Assembly: GCA_035289005.1 (NCBI GenBank)
Contig: DATDYN010000017.1
Coordinates: 1-63,860, forward strand
DNA length: 63,860 nt
Direction of reading: 5' to 3'
Origin: Candidatus Nanoarchaeia archaeon
GTDB lineage: Archaea > Nanobdellota > Nanobdellia > Woesearchaeales > UBA12501
The notes below the pieces were generated by a model, which did no database searches, had not been told where the DNA came from, and saw only the letters and a program-made list of their open reading frames with translations. Of this stretch, positions 9,229 to 18,995 are shown piece by piece. The first letter of the stretch is position 1. Each line of letters starts with the position of its first letter. Both the position numbers and the translations under genes were made by a program.

Positions 9229-10563
9229 ATGAAAAAGAATAATTCAATAAAAAGTTTTATGGTTTCGGTATTTATCTTAATGGTGTTATCTGTCTCAATG
9301 ATAGCTGGTATGGCAGTCAGCGCTATCGCGTCTTCAGAATCTGTCGGCAAGGTCATGATGCCGAGATATGATGACGGCGCGAGCGCGTTCGGCCAGAATC
9401 AGTATTACAGTGTCATGTTCGATGAGGAAGGCGATGCAATTGTCGCTGCAAAGCTCAAGATACAGAACACTGGCAAAGAGAACCTTTCGATTGTCAGCAT
9501 AGAGATCCCTGGCGAGAGCATAAGGATGATCAATATCTTCCAGGAAGTCCAGGGAACGCAGAAATACTGCGCGCAATGGGATGATTTCTGCACTCTGACT
9601 TCTGAGAGCGGCAAGTGCACTAATTTCGAGCGGAAATGCGTATCCTGGCAGGACCAGCAGGTATGGCCTCCGTATTATTACTCAGTTGATAAGAAAGAGA
9701 ACCAGCTTTCTAAATCAGTCCAGTACACTTTCACTCTTCCAGTTCCTCTGGATGAGCAACAGGTTGGGACAATCTTGATGTATTACAAAGTCCAAGGTTA
9801 CGTGAGCAAAGGCTGGGGAATCTATGATTTTGATTTTGAGAGCGCAAAGATGGATCAGGATGTCGCAAGCGTTCGCATAGCCGTCAATGTCCAGCAAGAC
9901 CTTATACTTGAAGGAGGGCAGAGCAAAGTCGATTATCGCGGAGATGGTCTGAGTTACGCTGTTGCGGAATCAGCGCCTTCAGCAAAAGCAGTGCAGAGCA
10001 ATGAGCTTCAACAATTCTCAAGCCAGCTGGAATGGCAGCAAGGCTATGTCAAGACCGTTGAAGGATTGGATCCTCTAGAGAGCTTCCATGTCAAAGGGAC
10101 TTACGGAACTTCCTGGCTCATGATGCACAAGATATCATTGATTGTAGGGATACTGCTTCTTGTCGCAGTCATATTCGGGCTTGTGCTTGCTATTAAACGC
10201 CTTTCAGAAGAAAGGATGAGCAGCATAGTTGTTCTTATCATCACTGGAGTTGCGGCAGGATTCCTCATCCTGCTGAACGTCCTGTTCTTCACATATATTG
10301 TGCGCAATATGACTCAATGGGTGGGATATGATTATGGACAGCTTCTCTCGCTGTTGTTAGTGCTTCTCGCCAGCATAATAACTTTGGCGTTGCTGATAGC
10401 TCCCGCAGTCTATATCGGGCTGAAGAAAGGGATCGGCAAAGGTTTCCTAGTGCTAGGGATAACGATAATCACTCTGGTGCTGCTCTCGATAATGGTTATT
10501 GTCTTCCTGGCGATAGTGAGCAGCAGCGCGATAGCAACCCAGATAGGCACAAGGGTTTATTGA
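9229..10563 (+). CDS. Membrane protein: signal peptide, ~300-aa extracellular domain, C-terminal multi-TM bundle (unknown function)
   Basis: GGAGG RBS 7 nt upstream of the ATG. N-terminal signal (FMVSVFILMVLSVSMIAGMAVSAIA) and at least 4 C-terminal TM helices. It starts 26 nt after the ArsR-like gene, so the two are probably co-transcribed. Confidence 0.6.
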   Translation: MKKNNSIKSFMVSVFILMVLSVSMIAGMAVSAIASSESVGKVMMPRYDDGASAFGQNQYYSVMFDEEGDAIVAAKLKIQNTGKENLSIVSIEIPGESIRMINIFQEVQGTQKYCAQWDDFCTLTSESGKCTNFERKCVSWQDQQVWPPYYYSVDKKENQLSKSVQYTFTLPVPLDEQQVGTILMYYKVQGYVSKGWGIYDFDFESAKMDQDVASVRIAVNVQQDLILEGGQSKVDYRGDGLSYAVAESAPSAKAVQSNELQQFSSQLEWQQGYVKTVEGLDPLESFHVKGTYGTSWLMMHKISLIVGILLLVAVIFGLVLAIKRLSEERMSSIVVLIITGVAAGFLILLNVLFFTYIVRNMTQWVGYDYGQLLSLLLVLLASIITLALLIAPAVYIGLKKGIGKGFLVLGITIITLVLLSIMVIVFLAIVSSSAIATQIGTRVY

Positions 10564-10570
10564 GTTTTAT

Positions 10571-10938
10571 ATCTCTATATACCACCAATGTATTCATTGA
10601 TGGTTCAGTAACGAAAATCTGGTTGTCCGATTTTCGGAATATCGAAAAGCTTCGCTTTTCAATATGGTATATAGAGATGTTCGAAAACGAGCACCCCGAG
10701 CCCTCAAAGGGCGATATCGGAAAACTTCGTTTTCCGGAATATTTTGAGAATATCTATATATTGATAGTGTTTCTCAAAATATCATGCCATAGGTATGGGA
10801 CCGTTGATTAGCATCCCTCCGATGAGGGATGATAAGCAACATCAAAAACCGAAGTTTTTGATTGATGGTGGGTGCGAGTCTTTGACATTTTTTTTGAAGA
10901 GAGCTGAGGAAGAGGTTTTAAGTGAAGAGCCTCAGCTC
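10571..10938. repeat. Dense cluster of hairpins/inverted repeats in an ORF-poor intergenic region
   Basis: IR ATCTCTATATACC (10571-83) / GGTATATAGAGAT (10666-78). Hairpins: GAAAAGC-TTC-GCTTTTC (10644-60), CGGAAAAC-TTC-GTTTTCCG (10718-36), CATCCCTC-CGAT-GAGGGATG (10812-31), ATCAAAAAC-CGAA-GTTTTTGAT (10841-62), GAGCTGAGG..CCTCAGCTC (10901-38). Confidence 0.6.
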
Positions 10939-10975
10939 CCATAATTTTTTATACTCTTGACATTTTCTTTAATGC

Positions 10976-11461
10976 ATGACTAATAAACTTTTGAAAGCGG
11001 TGGTAGTCACAGGCACTCCAGGCACTGGCAAGACTGCTCTTTCAAAAAAGCTTGCCGCAGAGCGCGGCTGGAAGTACATTGATGTCAATGAAGTGATCGC
11101 TGAACACAAGCTTTCTGTTGGCAATGACAGGAAGCGCGGAGTGGATATCGTTGATGAAGGCAGGCTTGCCAGAGTCCTTGCCCAGATGATAAAATCTTCG
11201 CCGAAAAAACTTGTGATAGACTCCCATTTGAGCCATTATGTCACTCCTGCACTCGTCACTGCATGCATAATCACGACCTGCCCTATCGTCGTGCTTGAGC
11301 GAAGGCTGAAAAAGAAAGGGTACACTTCTTCTAAGATCAAAGAGAACGTAGAGGCCGAGCTGCTAGGCATCTGCCAGCATGAGGCTGAGGATTTAGGCCA
11401 CAAGATCATCATTGTTAACACGAGCAGGAAAGTCGATCTGAAGGCTTTGCGTGTTTCTTAA
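10976..11461 (+). CDS. Fap7/adenylate kinase isoenzyme 6-like NTPase
   Basis: 161 aa. P-loop VVVTGTPGTGKTALSKKLA. Size and layout match archaeal Fap7-type kinases. Confidence 0.7.
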   Translation: MTNKLLKAVVVTGTPGTGKTALSKKLAAERGWKYIDVNEVIAEHKLSVGNDRKRGVDIVDEGRLARVLAQMIKSSPKKLVIDSHLSHYVTPALVTACIITTCPIVVLERRLKKKGYTSSKIKENVEAELLGICQHEAEDLGHKIIIVNTSRKVDLKALRVS

Positions 11462-11540
11462 TACAATAAGTTTTTTATACTCCGTATTTATCCTTATCAT
11501 TATTGAAGGCAAGATAATAGATCAATCAAGGGGGTGTTTC

Positions 11541-13118
11541 ATGGCGTTTGAGATCATAGCGAGAGTGGCAGGAATTCTTGATACTGAAGCGGAGATCATA
11601 TTTGTGCCGTTATTCCAGGCGGAAAGCAAGACTGAAGAGAAGTCTGGCGTCAAAGAGAGCGCGAAGAAAACTTCTGGAGAGAGCAGGCAAGCTCCGCTTC
11701 CAGGCTCTGACGTATTGCCCAAGCAGCTGCAGGCAGCTGTCCAGAACGCTGTGAATACGAAAAGATTCGAGGGCAAAAAGAAGCAGGCGTTCGCTTTGTA
11801 TCTTTCTGAGAAATCAACAATTGTCCTTGTCGGATTAGGGAAGAAGAAAGATTACTCTTCCGCAGCCCTGAGGCAGGCAGGAGTGATCGTCTCAAGAGTC
11901 TCGCGCGACAGGAAATCAAAGAAATCAGCGTTCTTGCTGCCGCAGTACGCAGTTGTCAGGAACATGGCGTATTCAGCGCAGGCACTCTCGGAAAGTTTGC
12001 TGCTCTCGCTCTACAAGTTCGACCAGCTGAAGACTAAAGATAAGAATAACGATGGCCCTGAGTCTTGCGAGTTCTTATTATCGCAACAGAAAGAGGTCTC
12101 GATCGCGCAGCAGGCAGTGAGCAGCGCGAAAGTCATTGTTGAAGCGATCAATAAGGCAAGAGACCTGATAAACCTTCCTCCGAATATCGCGACGCCTTCC
12201 TATGTCGCTGAGGCGGCGCGAAAGATGGCTAAAGAATGCGGATTGAGATGCACAGTTCTCGGAAAGAAAGAGCTCTCGCAGGAGAAGATGAACCTTCTGC
12301 TCGCTGTCTCGCAGGGAAGCGCTGAAGAGCCTCAGTTCGTGATACTTGAGCATGCCGGAAGCGCTAAAGGGAGCGTTAAAGACCCTATATGCCTTGTCGG
12401 TAAAGGGATAACTTATGATTCAGGAGGGCTTAATCTCAAGCCTTACATGGGCAGCGCCGCCACCATGAGGAACATGAAGACGGATATGGCCGGAGCCGCG
12501 ACAGTTCTTGCTGTCGCAGAGATCTCCGCAAGGCTGAAACTGCCTCAGCGCATGATCGCAGTCATGCCTTTGTGCGAGAACATGCCTGACGCGCGCTCTT
12601 ACAAGTGCGATGACATAATAACTTCTTACTCAGGACTGAGCGTCGAGATAACCAACACAGATGCTGAAGGGAGATTAGTGCTCGCTGACGCGCTCGCGTA
12701 CGCGGAGAAGAAATACTCTCCTCAGTGCCTTATCGATGTCGCGACACTTACAGGCGCAGCCTCTGTCGCATTAGGATATCTCGGAGCATGCCTGCTGAGC
12801 ACTGACCAGAAGCTCGCTGACGGCATCTCTCTCGCGGCAGTTGATACTGACGAGAGATTATGGCAGTTCCCTTTATGGGAAGAGTATGGAGAATTGCTTG
12901 ACAGCCCTATAGCAGACCTGAAGAACAGCAATGAGAGTTCAGGCCCTGGAACGATAATGGGTGGGATATTCCTCAAGAATTTTGTCAAAGATACTCCTTG
13001 GGCGCATCTTGACATCGCTTCTGTCGCTGCTACAGAGAAAGGGCTGCATTACACCACTAACGGCGCGACAGGTTTCGGGATAAGACTGCTCGCTGAGTTC
13101 GTGAGACGGGCGAAGTGA
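11541..13118 (+). CDS. pepA: Leucyl aminopeptidase (M17 family)
   Basis: M17 signatures VGKGITYDSGGLNLKP and NTDAEGRLVLADAL. I prefer the Met at 11541 (MAFEIIARV) because it is preceded by AGGGGG. The ORF-track start at 11451 overlaps the upstream gene. Confidence 0.88.
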   Translation: MAFEIIARVAGILDTEAEIIFVPLFQAESKTEEKSGVKESAKKTSGESRQAPLPGSDVLPKQLQAAVQNAVNTKRFEGKKKQAFALYLSEKSTIVLVGLGKKKDYSSAALRQAGVIVSRVSRDRKSKKSAFLLPQYAVVRNMAYSAQALSESLLLSLYKFDQLKTKDKNNDGPESCEFLLSQQKEVSIAQQAVSSAKVIVEAINKARDLINLPPNIATPSYVAEAARKMAKECGLRCTVLGKKELSQEKMNLLLAVSQGSAEEPQFVILEHAGSAKGSVKDPICLVGKGITYDSGGLNLKPYMGSAATMRNMKTDMAGAATVLAVAEISARLKLPQRMIAVMPLCENMPDARSYKCDDIITSYSGLSVEITNTDAEGRLVLADALAYAEKKYSPQCLIDVATLTGAASVALGYLGACLLSTDQKLADGISLAAVDTDERLWQFPLWEEYGELLDSPIADLKNSNESSGPGTIMGGIFLKNFVKDTPWAHLDIASVAATEKGLHYTTNGATGFGIRLLAEFVRRAK

Positions 13119-13201
13119 TAAGTTAAGGTTAATCATAAAGACGCTCTCCACCAGTAGTATCAATAACAATATTTATATACCTCTTTCTGAATTTTTCATT
13201 C

Positions 13202-13816
13202 ATGTCAGAGCACAGATTGCAGATTGGAGTCATGGGTTCTTGGAGAAAAGGGCTTCCTAAATGGTCTTATGATCTCGCAGAAGAAGTCGGAAGGCAGATT
13301 GCGCAGAAAGGCTACATTCTCCTCAGCGGCGGTAGCACAGGGGTCATGGAATACGCGATGAAAGGCTGCAAGAGCGCTAATGGCGTGAATGTTGGAATAA
13401 TCCCTGCAAGCGATTTCAGGAAATATCCTTATCTTGGAGAGCATCTTGACATAAAAATAAGCACTGGGATGGATGAGAGCGGCAGAATCCCTTTGCTTAT
13501 CAATTGCTGTGATGGCGTAGTCGCTATCGGCGGCGGAATTGGGACATTGACAGAGATATGTCATGCATACCATCAAGGGAAGCCTGTTGTCGTGATGAAA
13601 AATTCAGGCAATGTCTCAAATCAATTGAGTTCTTTGCTCGATTCAGAAGGGTATCTTGATACAAAGAAATTGGTTAAGATAAGGATGATTGAAACTTCCT
13701 CTGGGCATCTGAAGGACATAGCTGCAAATGCCTTAGATACTTTAGTTGAAGAGATAAACAAGAAAGAAGGTAGAGACAGCAATAAATATTCTCCTGAATG
13801 TGGTAAAAGAAGTTAG
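13202..13816 (+). CDS. TIGR00725/LOG-family Rossmann protein
   Basis: IGVMGS...LLSGGSTGVMEYAMKG...VAIGGGIGTLTEICHAYHQGKPVVVM pattern of the LOG/'lysine decarboxylase-like' fold. Confidence 0.65.
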   Translation: MSEHRLQIGVMGSWRKGLPKWSYDLAEEVGRQIAQKGYILLSGGSTGVMEYAMKGCKSANGVNVGIIPASDFRKYPYLGEHLDIKISTGMDESGRIPLLINCCDGVVAIGGGIGTLTEICHAYHQGKPVVVMKNSGNVSNQLSSLLDSEGYLDTKKLVKIRMIETSSGHLKDIAANALDTLVEEINKKEGRDSNKYSPECGKRS

Positions 13817-13894
13817 TGATTCAAGATATCTTGTGAATAATTCTTAAATGAAATCAAGAAATAAAAGAATTAAATAAAAAAACAAAAAGACCAA

Positions 13895-15208
13895 TCACTC
13901 CAGGTCTTCAGGAGTGAGTATGAGCACGCGCGCCGATTCCTTGTTCTCTGCCTTGGTTCCGACAATGAACTGGATCTCTGAGCGCTCAGCAGTCTCAACC
14001 AGTTCTCGCTCGACATTACCGTCAAGCAGCACAGCAAAGACTCCTGTGCCTATGCTTTTGATTGTGCTTAAGAGCTCGGTCACCGGCACTTTTCCCAGGA
14101 TGTTTAGCTTGTCATCCAGCATGTACGCTCCGCGCGTCCCTACCAAGTCTTCAAGGATGCTGTTGAATTTGTCTTTTTCTGCATTGCCTAATTTAGGCTT
14201 TTTGGCAGGAGCAACTCTTTTTTCCTCTCTCGGAGGGGGGAATGGAGGTCTTCTTTCATCCTTGCGTTCCTCCCTTTTTTCTTGAGGGGGTAGCGGTTGC
14301 TGCTGTTGGCGCGGCTCGAATCTTGGGGGCATAGGGCGTGGCTGGTTTCTGAAAGCGTTCTTGTTTTCATCACCCATCGGCCTTATCTCCTGTTTTGCCT
14401 GCTCGCCGCTTATGCGTGAGCGCAGCGCCTGATGGATCTCTTTCTTCGCGAGCTCTTCCACTTCTTTGCCTGGAGGGGCTTTCGCCACGAAATCGATCTC
14501 TCCGACAGCAAGGAGTTCCCTTATTATCAGGTCTCCGCCTCTGTCGCCGTCCACGAAGACCGTCACTTCTTTCTTCCTCGTGAGCTCCGCGATGCTTGGG
14601 GGCACTGAAGTGCCGTTAATCGCTATCGCGTTCTTGAACCCGTTCTTGAGCAGGTTCACGACGTCAGCTCTGCCTTCCACGATGATGATATCGTCTGAAT
14701 CATCGATTGCGGGTCCTGCAGGCAAGCGTTCTTTGCCGTATTCCTGGATCTCCATCACCCTAACAGAGTAAGAGACCTCTTCTGACAGCTCTTGCGAGTC
14801 TGGAAGTGTCTCGGTCATCTGCTTGAGCAGTTCTTTGGCTCGATCGATGACGAACCTGCGTTTTGTGACGCGGACGTCTTCGATCTTCTCGACTTTGATC
14901 TTTGAATTGCAAGGCCCTATGCGCTGGATTATCTCCATCGCTGCCGCTACTATCGCGGTCTCTGCCTTGTCAAGGGAAGAAGGGATTATGATCTCTCCTG
15001 TTGTCTTTCCTCCTCTGGTGTCAGTGTTGACTTCTATACGGCCTATGCGTCCGCCGCGCTGCAGCTCTCTAAGCTCCAGATCCGCTCCAAGAAGCCCTTC
15101 TGTCTGTCCGAAAATCGCGCCGATGACGTCTGGTTTATCAACTACGCCATCAATCTCGATCATTGCTGTAATGATGTATTTAGCCACTACTGGGCTGATT
15201 TTTCCCAT
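13895..15208 (-). CDS. dnaG: Archaeal DnaG primase (Toprim)
   Basis: N-terminal [25 protein letters not shown] and Toprim segment [17 protein letters not shown]...[17 protein letters not shown] lies 8 nt before the Met at 15208, so that start is preferred over 15253. It contains a P/Q/R/E-rich linker. Confidence 0.9.
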   Translation of the reverse strand: MGKISPVVAKYIITAMIEIDGVVDKPDVIGAIFGQTEGLLGADLELRELQRGGRIGRIEVNTDTRGGKTTGEIIIPSSLDKAETAIVAAAMEIIQRIGPCNSKIKVEKIEDVRVTKRRFVIDRAKELLKQMTETLPDSQELSEEVSYSVRVMEIQEYGKERLPAGPAIDDSDDIIIVEGRADVVNLLKNGFKNAIAINGTSVPPSIAELTRKKEVTVFVDGDRGGDLIIRELLAVGEIDFVAKAPPGKEVEELAKKEIHQALRSRISGEQAKQEIRPMGDENKNAFRNQPRPMPPRFEPRQQQQPLPPQEKREERKDERRPPFPPPREEKRVAPAKKPKLGNAEKDKFNSILEDLVGTRGAYMLDDKLNILGKVPVTELLSTIKSIGTGVFAVLLDGNVERELVETAERSEIQFIVGTKAENKESARVLILTPEDLE

Positions 15209-15936
15209 GGTTATTCCTCCGTGTTGGAGATACCGCAGAAAGAACGCGTTCACTCTTTGATAAAGCCAGTGCCGGATATCGGCGCGCGGCTTTCATGAGG
15301 TCATAACGGTGAGTGTCTTTCGACGTATCTGTTGTTGTCTCCACGAGAACAAGCAATTCGTCTCCCTTTAATCAAGGGTAATGATGCGATGAATCGGATG
15401 ATCTTGTCCTGATGGAAATGATGATTATAAGTTGTAGCCCGTAACACTAACTCCCGCATTCATAGCCAGGATTTCTCCATGAGCTCCAGAGGGTACTCTC
15501 GTGACGGGCTTGCTTCAGTCTTTGTAAGACTTCAGCGCTTCGGTAAGAGCAGGTAATCACAGCCCCTATTTAAAGTTTGGTATTCTCTCCTTGATATCCT
15601 TGTCCAGAAAACGCCGTCGTAAAATCGCTGCCGCGCTCATATCGCGCTGCACTGATGATCTCTGTTGTTTGTGAGTAGGAAATCAAGAAGGGCAGACGCT
15701 TGCGCATCTGCCGCTCCTTAATTAAGGGGGTGGTTTGTAACTATGAAGTAAATACAACTACTATATAAATCTTTCGCTTTTACATCACTCTCAAGTGATT
15801 AAATTCGCTTTTATCGCCTGTTCCGCACTTTAACCCACTCAACTTTTCTAAATTCTCTGCAGCACCGAAAACGATTTAAATCAGGGCATTCATCTGTCAG
15901 GATCAAGGGTTGTCTAAAATATGGTAGAGGGAGATT

Positions 15937-16389
15937 ATGGATGCATACAGCAAGAATAAGCGCAGCAGATTGAAGAGAGAGATAAGTCTTGAGATTCAGG
16001 ACAGCAATGATGTTTTTGGCAGAATGTCTCCTTTAGAATATAAGGCTCATTCAGGAATGATCCGCTCAACACGTCAAATAGAACATTCTTATGCGAATTC
16101 TTCAGAGGTTCAAGCGCTTGAGGGATCTTATGAAGAACGCAAGCATGTTAACTTCAAAGATGGCAAAGAACTGCTTGGAAGGGATATTGTCCCTAATCTG
16201 CTGAACCATCCCAGCGTAAAATGGATTCATGATAATCTTGAAGTGAAGAAGGCACTGATGTCATTAGGCGCTGAAAAAGCGATTGAGATACTCAAAGTGT
16301 ATGCCAGTCCAGGCGGAAGACTGCCTAAACAGGTCATGCTTACGGATAGGCTTCCAGACATCCCTGTCCCTGGAAATTATGCTGATTAA
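15937..16389 (+). CDS. Hypothetical protein (150 aa)
   Basis: ORF only; no motif recognised. Confidence 0.35.
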   Translation: MDAYSKNKRSRLKREISLEIQDSNDVFGRMSPLEYKAHSGMIRSTRQIEHSYANSSEVQALEGSYEERKHVNFKDGKELLGRDIVPNLLNHPSVKWIHDNLEVKKALMSLGAEKAIEILKVYASPGGRLPKQVMLTDRLPDIPVPGNYAD

Positions 16390-16469
16390 GAATTCATGTC
16401 GGTTCAGCATCGTCTTGGATGCTTAAGCGTGCGCTAACTATTTAAACTCTTTTTTATTCATCAGTTCTC

Positions 16470-17180
16470 ATGTCCCGTCCAGCGCGAGAGAAATTCAAGA
16501 CCTACAAGAACGTCTTTGACAATCATGCAGAACGGATACTTTTCAAGCTCGCGAGCGAAGGCCATTTTGAAGAGCTAACAAGCCCTGTGGCTCTGGGTAA
16601 GGAAGCGAACATCTTCACTGCGAAGAAAGGCGACAGCAGCGTCATAGTCAAGATCTACCGTCTGGAGACCTGCGACTTCAATCGCATGTACGATTTCATA
16701 AAGCTCGATCCAAGGTATGCGGGTCTGCACAAGAGGAGCAGGCGCATAATCTTCGCCTGGTGCCAGAGAGAGTACAGGAATCTCCTGAAAGCGCGCGAAG
16801 CTGGCATCCGCGTCCCTATGCCTATAACATTCAAGGACAATGTGCTTGTCATGGAGCAGATAGGGCTTCCCTCTCCTGCTGCGAAAGCAAAGGATGTCAT
16901 GCCTGAAGATGTCGCTTCTTTCGCTGAAGAGCTTATTGACGCGATGAAGAAGTACCATAAAGCAGGAATGGTCCATGGGGATCTCTCAGAATTCAATATC
17001 CTCAATGATGACGGCCGCCCAGTCCTTATAGATTTCTCTCAGTCATTACCTTACTCAAGTCCCAGAGGCAGAGAGATGCTTGAGCGCGATGTCAGGAATG
17101 TCTCAAGATTCCTCACAAAGAAGGGGTATCCTATCGACACTGAGAAGCTTATGGCTGACATTCTCGGCAAGAAGAAATGA
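16470..17180 (+). CDS. RIO-type serine/threonine kinase (Rio1-like, no N-terminal wHTH)
   Basis: GKEANIF..VKIYR, REYRNLLKAREAGIRVP, VLVMEQIG, catalytic HGDLSEFNIL, metal-binding LIDFSQS. Confidence 0.9.
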   Translation: MSRPAREKFKTYKNVFDNHAERILFKLASEGHFEELTSPVALGKEANIFTAKKGDSSVIVKIYRLETCDFNRMYDFIKLDPRYAGLHKRSRRIIFAWCQREYRNLLKAREAGIRVPMPITFKDNVLVMEQIGLPSPAAKAKDVMPEDVASFAEELIDAMKKYHKAGMVHGDLSEFNILNDDGRPVLIDFSQSLPYSSPRGREMLERDVRNVSRFLTKKGYPIDTEKLMADILGKKK

Positions 17181-17517
17181 CTGGTTCTGTCTTAACTCCT
17201 CAATTGAAGAATTTCTTTCTGGTCGTAGTATTTCCGTCCTGTCTCAGAATCTTTTTTCTTCTTAATCAGCCTCTACTGAAGAACCACAGTATCAGAGAAT
17301 AGTTTCAAATCAAATAACAATGAAAACAAATAAAGAATAATAAAAAAGAAAAATTGTGTGGAACTTTGGTTCTCACACAAGATAGCCCAAGTATGCATGC
17401 GAAAGGTACCTTTTATAAATCTTTCGTGGTCCTAACTTCATAATAACGGGTAATTAACAGACCAAATTAAAATCAGGGTGTGAATAACCGTCCTTTTATG
17501 TATAATCGTAGAACTAA

Positions 17518-18723
17518 CTACTCTCTACCCAAGAACCATCCTGTAAGGTCTATCTTCTTAAGTTTCCCTATTTTCTGCACATTGATGATCTTCTTGTCTT
17601 CCAATGACTTGAATATTCTCACTAAAGTGGTTTTAGGGATTCCTGTGCAATTGCGCAGCATGGCCTGGCTGCCCTTGTTCTCATGCTCGATAAGACAGTT
17701 GACTATAGCTTTCTCTTTATCGTTCAATGTGGCCATGATATCCCGCGCTCTCGGGTTCAGTTCCTGCTTCTTATCCTGATTAGCCGCAGCAGCGATAATC
17801 TCAGGAGCAGGTTGCGTCTTGATTTTCTCAGCTATGGCTGCCTGGACTTCCCTCTTCTTCTGGTCCTTCTTCTCCTGCTCTTTGATCTGGGCAAACTCTT
17901 TAGCGACTGCGTGCTTCATCTTTTTAGTCTCATTCTCAAGGCGCTGGAAGTATTTCTTCCTGAAAAGATATCCTGCTAAAGTGAGCAAAGCCAATACCGC
18001 AAAGCTTATTGCCAAAGGAAGAGCTGCCGCAGGAGTGAATATCTCTTTATTCAGAACAATCTCTAAAGGGACTACCGTTCCCTGGACGACTGAGACTTCA
18101 GCAGTGCCGCTCATATCATTGAATGTGGCTGATCCTTTGCATTTGCCTACAGGCACAGCGTCAGTCTTCACAGTGCCTGAAAGGTCAGTCATCCCTCCGG
18201 ACTGGAAAGATTTGCATTTGAGGGCGATCTCAGCTTTAGGTATGATCGCTCCAGTATCATCCTTGACGAAGGTTTCTACTGATCCTGCCGGAGAAAGGTA
18301 CATCACCTCATTGGCTGAAGGCACATTTTCCTCGATCACGAAAGATCTCTCCCCCCAATAATCAACTTCAGGAGTGGAAAAGAGGTCAGCCTTGATAGAG
18401 AGCTTCCAGGTTCCGACGCTAAGACGGTGCTTCAGTATCCCTTCCTCATCGATGAATTTTGTCAGATTGATAGAAGTCTTTGTATTCAGGTTAGTCAGCT
18501 GCATCTCTACAGGGAGGTATACTATCTGCTTGTCCGTGGTGACATCTTTAATAGAGATATAAATGTCTGTATAAGTCACTAAGGCATGGGCTGGCGCAGA
18601 GAATGAAGCCAAGGCTGATGTCAAGAAGAGAAGAGTCATCAGGACATCAAAGGCGGAAAACCTCTTATTTCGGGTCATGGAAGCCTGCAGCCTCTGTTTT
18701 CTGAATAGCTGTATACCTACCAT
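17518..18723 (-). CDS. Membrane-tethered winged-HTH protein with extracellular beta-sandwich domain
   Basis: Signal/TM (FDVLMTLLFLTSALASFSAPAHA), a ~200-aa extracytoplasmic region, a TM (LPLAISFAVLALLTLAGYLF), a Lys/Glu coiled linker and a C-terminal MarR/ArsR-like wHTH (EKAIVNCLIEHENKGSQAMLRNCTGIPKTTLVRIFKSLEDKKII). Confidence 0.6.
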   Translation of the reverse strand: MVGIQLFRKQRLQASMTRNKRFSAFDVLMTLLFLTSALASFSAPAHALVTYTDIYISIKDVTTDKQIVYLPVEMQLTNLNTKTSINLTKFIDEEGILKHRLSVGTWKLSIKADLFSTPEVDYWGERSFVIEENVPSANEVMYLSPAGSVETFVKDDTGAIIPKAEIALKCKSFQSGGMTDLSGTVKTDAVPVGKCKGSATFNDMSGTAEVSVVQGTVVPLEIVLNKEIFTPAAALPLAISFAVLALLTLAGYLFRKKYFQRLENETKKMKHAVAKEFAQIKEQEKKDQKKREVQAAIAEKIKTQPAPEIIAAAANQDKKQELNPRARDIMATLNDKEKAIVNCLIEHENKGSQAMLRNCTGIPKTTLVRIFKSLEDKKIINVQKIGKLKKIDLTGWFLGRE

Positions 18724-18995
18724 AGGATTCTTTAGGCCTTAAGCTTATACCCTTTTTAAAGATTTTGGAGTTTTTGGCAATCAGGCGCGTTCATCATCTT
18801 ATGATTTAGGCTTGAAGTTTTATGTTATTTTGGAGATTTTAGGCTTAATGTCTTTGCATATCTCCTGCCAAGAGATCCTATCTTCTTGTATTTTGTTAAG
18901 AGTTCTTGCCATTTCTTGCCGTAGTTGACCAACCAAAGCTTTAAAAATGGCCTGAGAGTCGTTATTCTTCGAAAAGCCATAAAACATTACATTTT

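Noticed and set aside
11451-11540. Upstream 30-codon extension of the leucyl aminopeptidase ORF
   Set aside because: It overlaps the end of the preceding gene, encodes a hydrophobic peptide not expected for M17 enzymes, and a good AGGGGG RBS precedes the Met at 11541.
15254-15936. Annotating this region as RNase P RNA or SRP RNA
   Set aside because: I could not find the universal CR-I/CR-IV or helix-8 motifs convincingly on either strand. It is reported only as an unexplained structured region.
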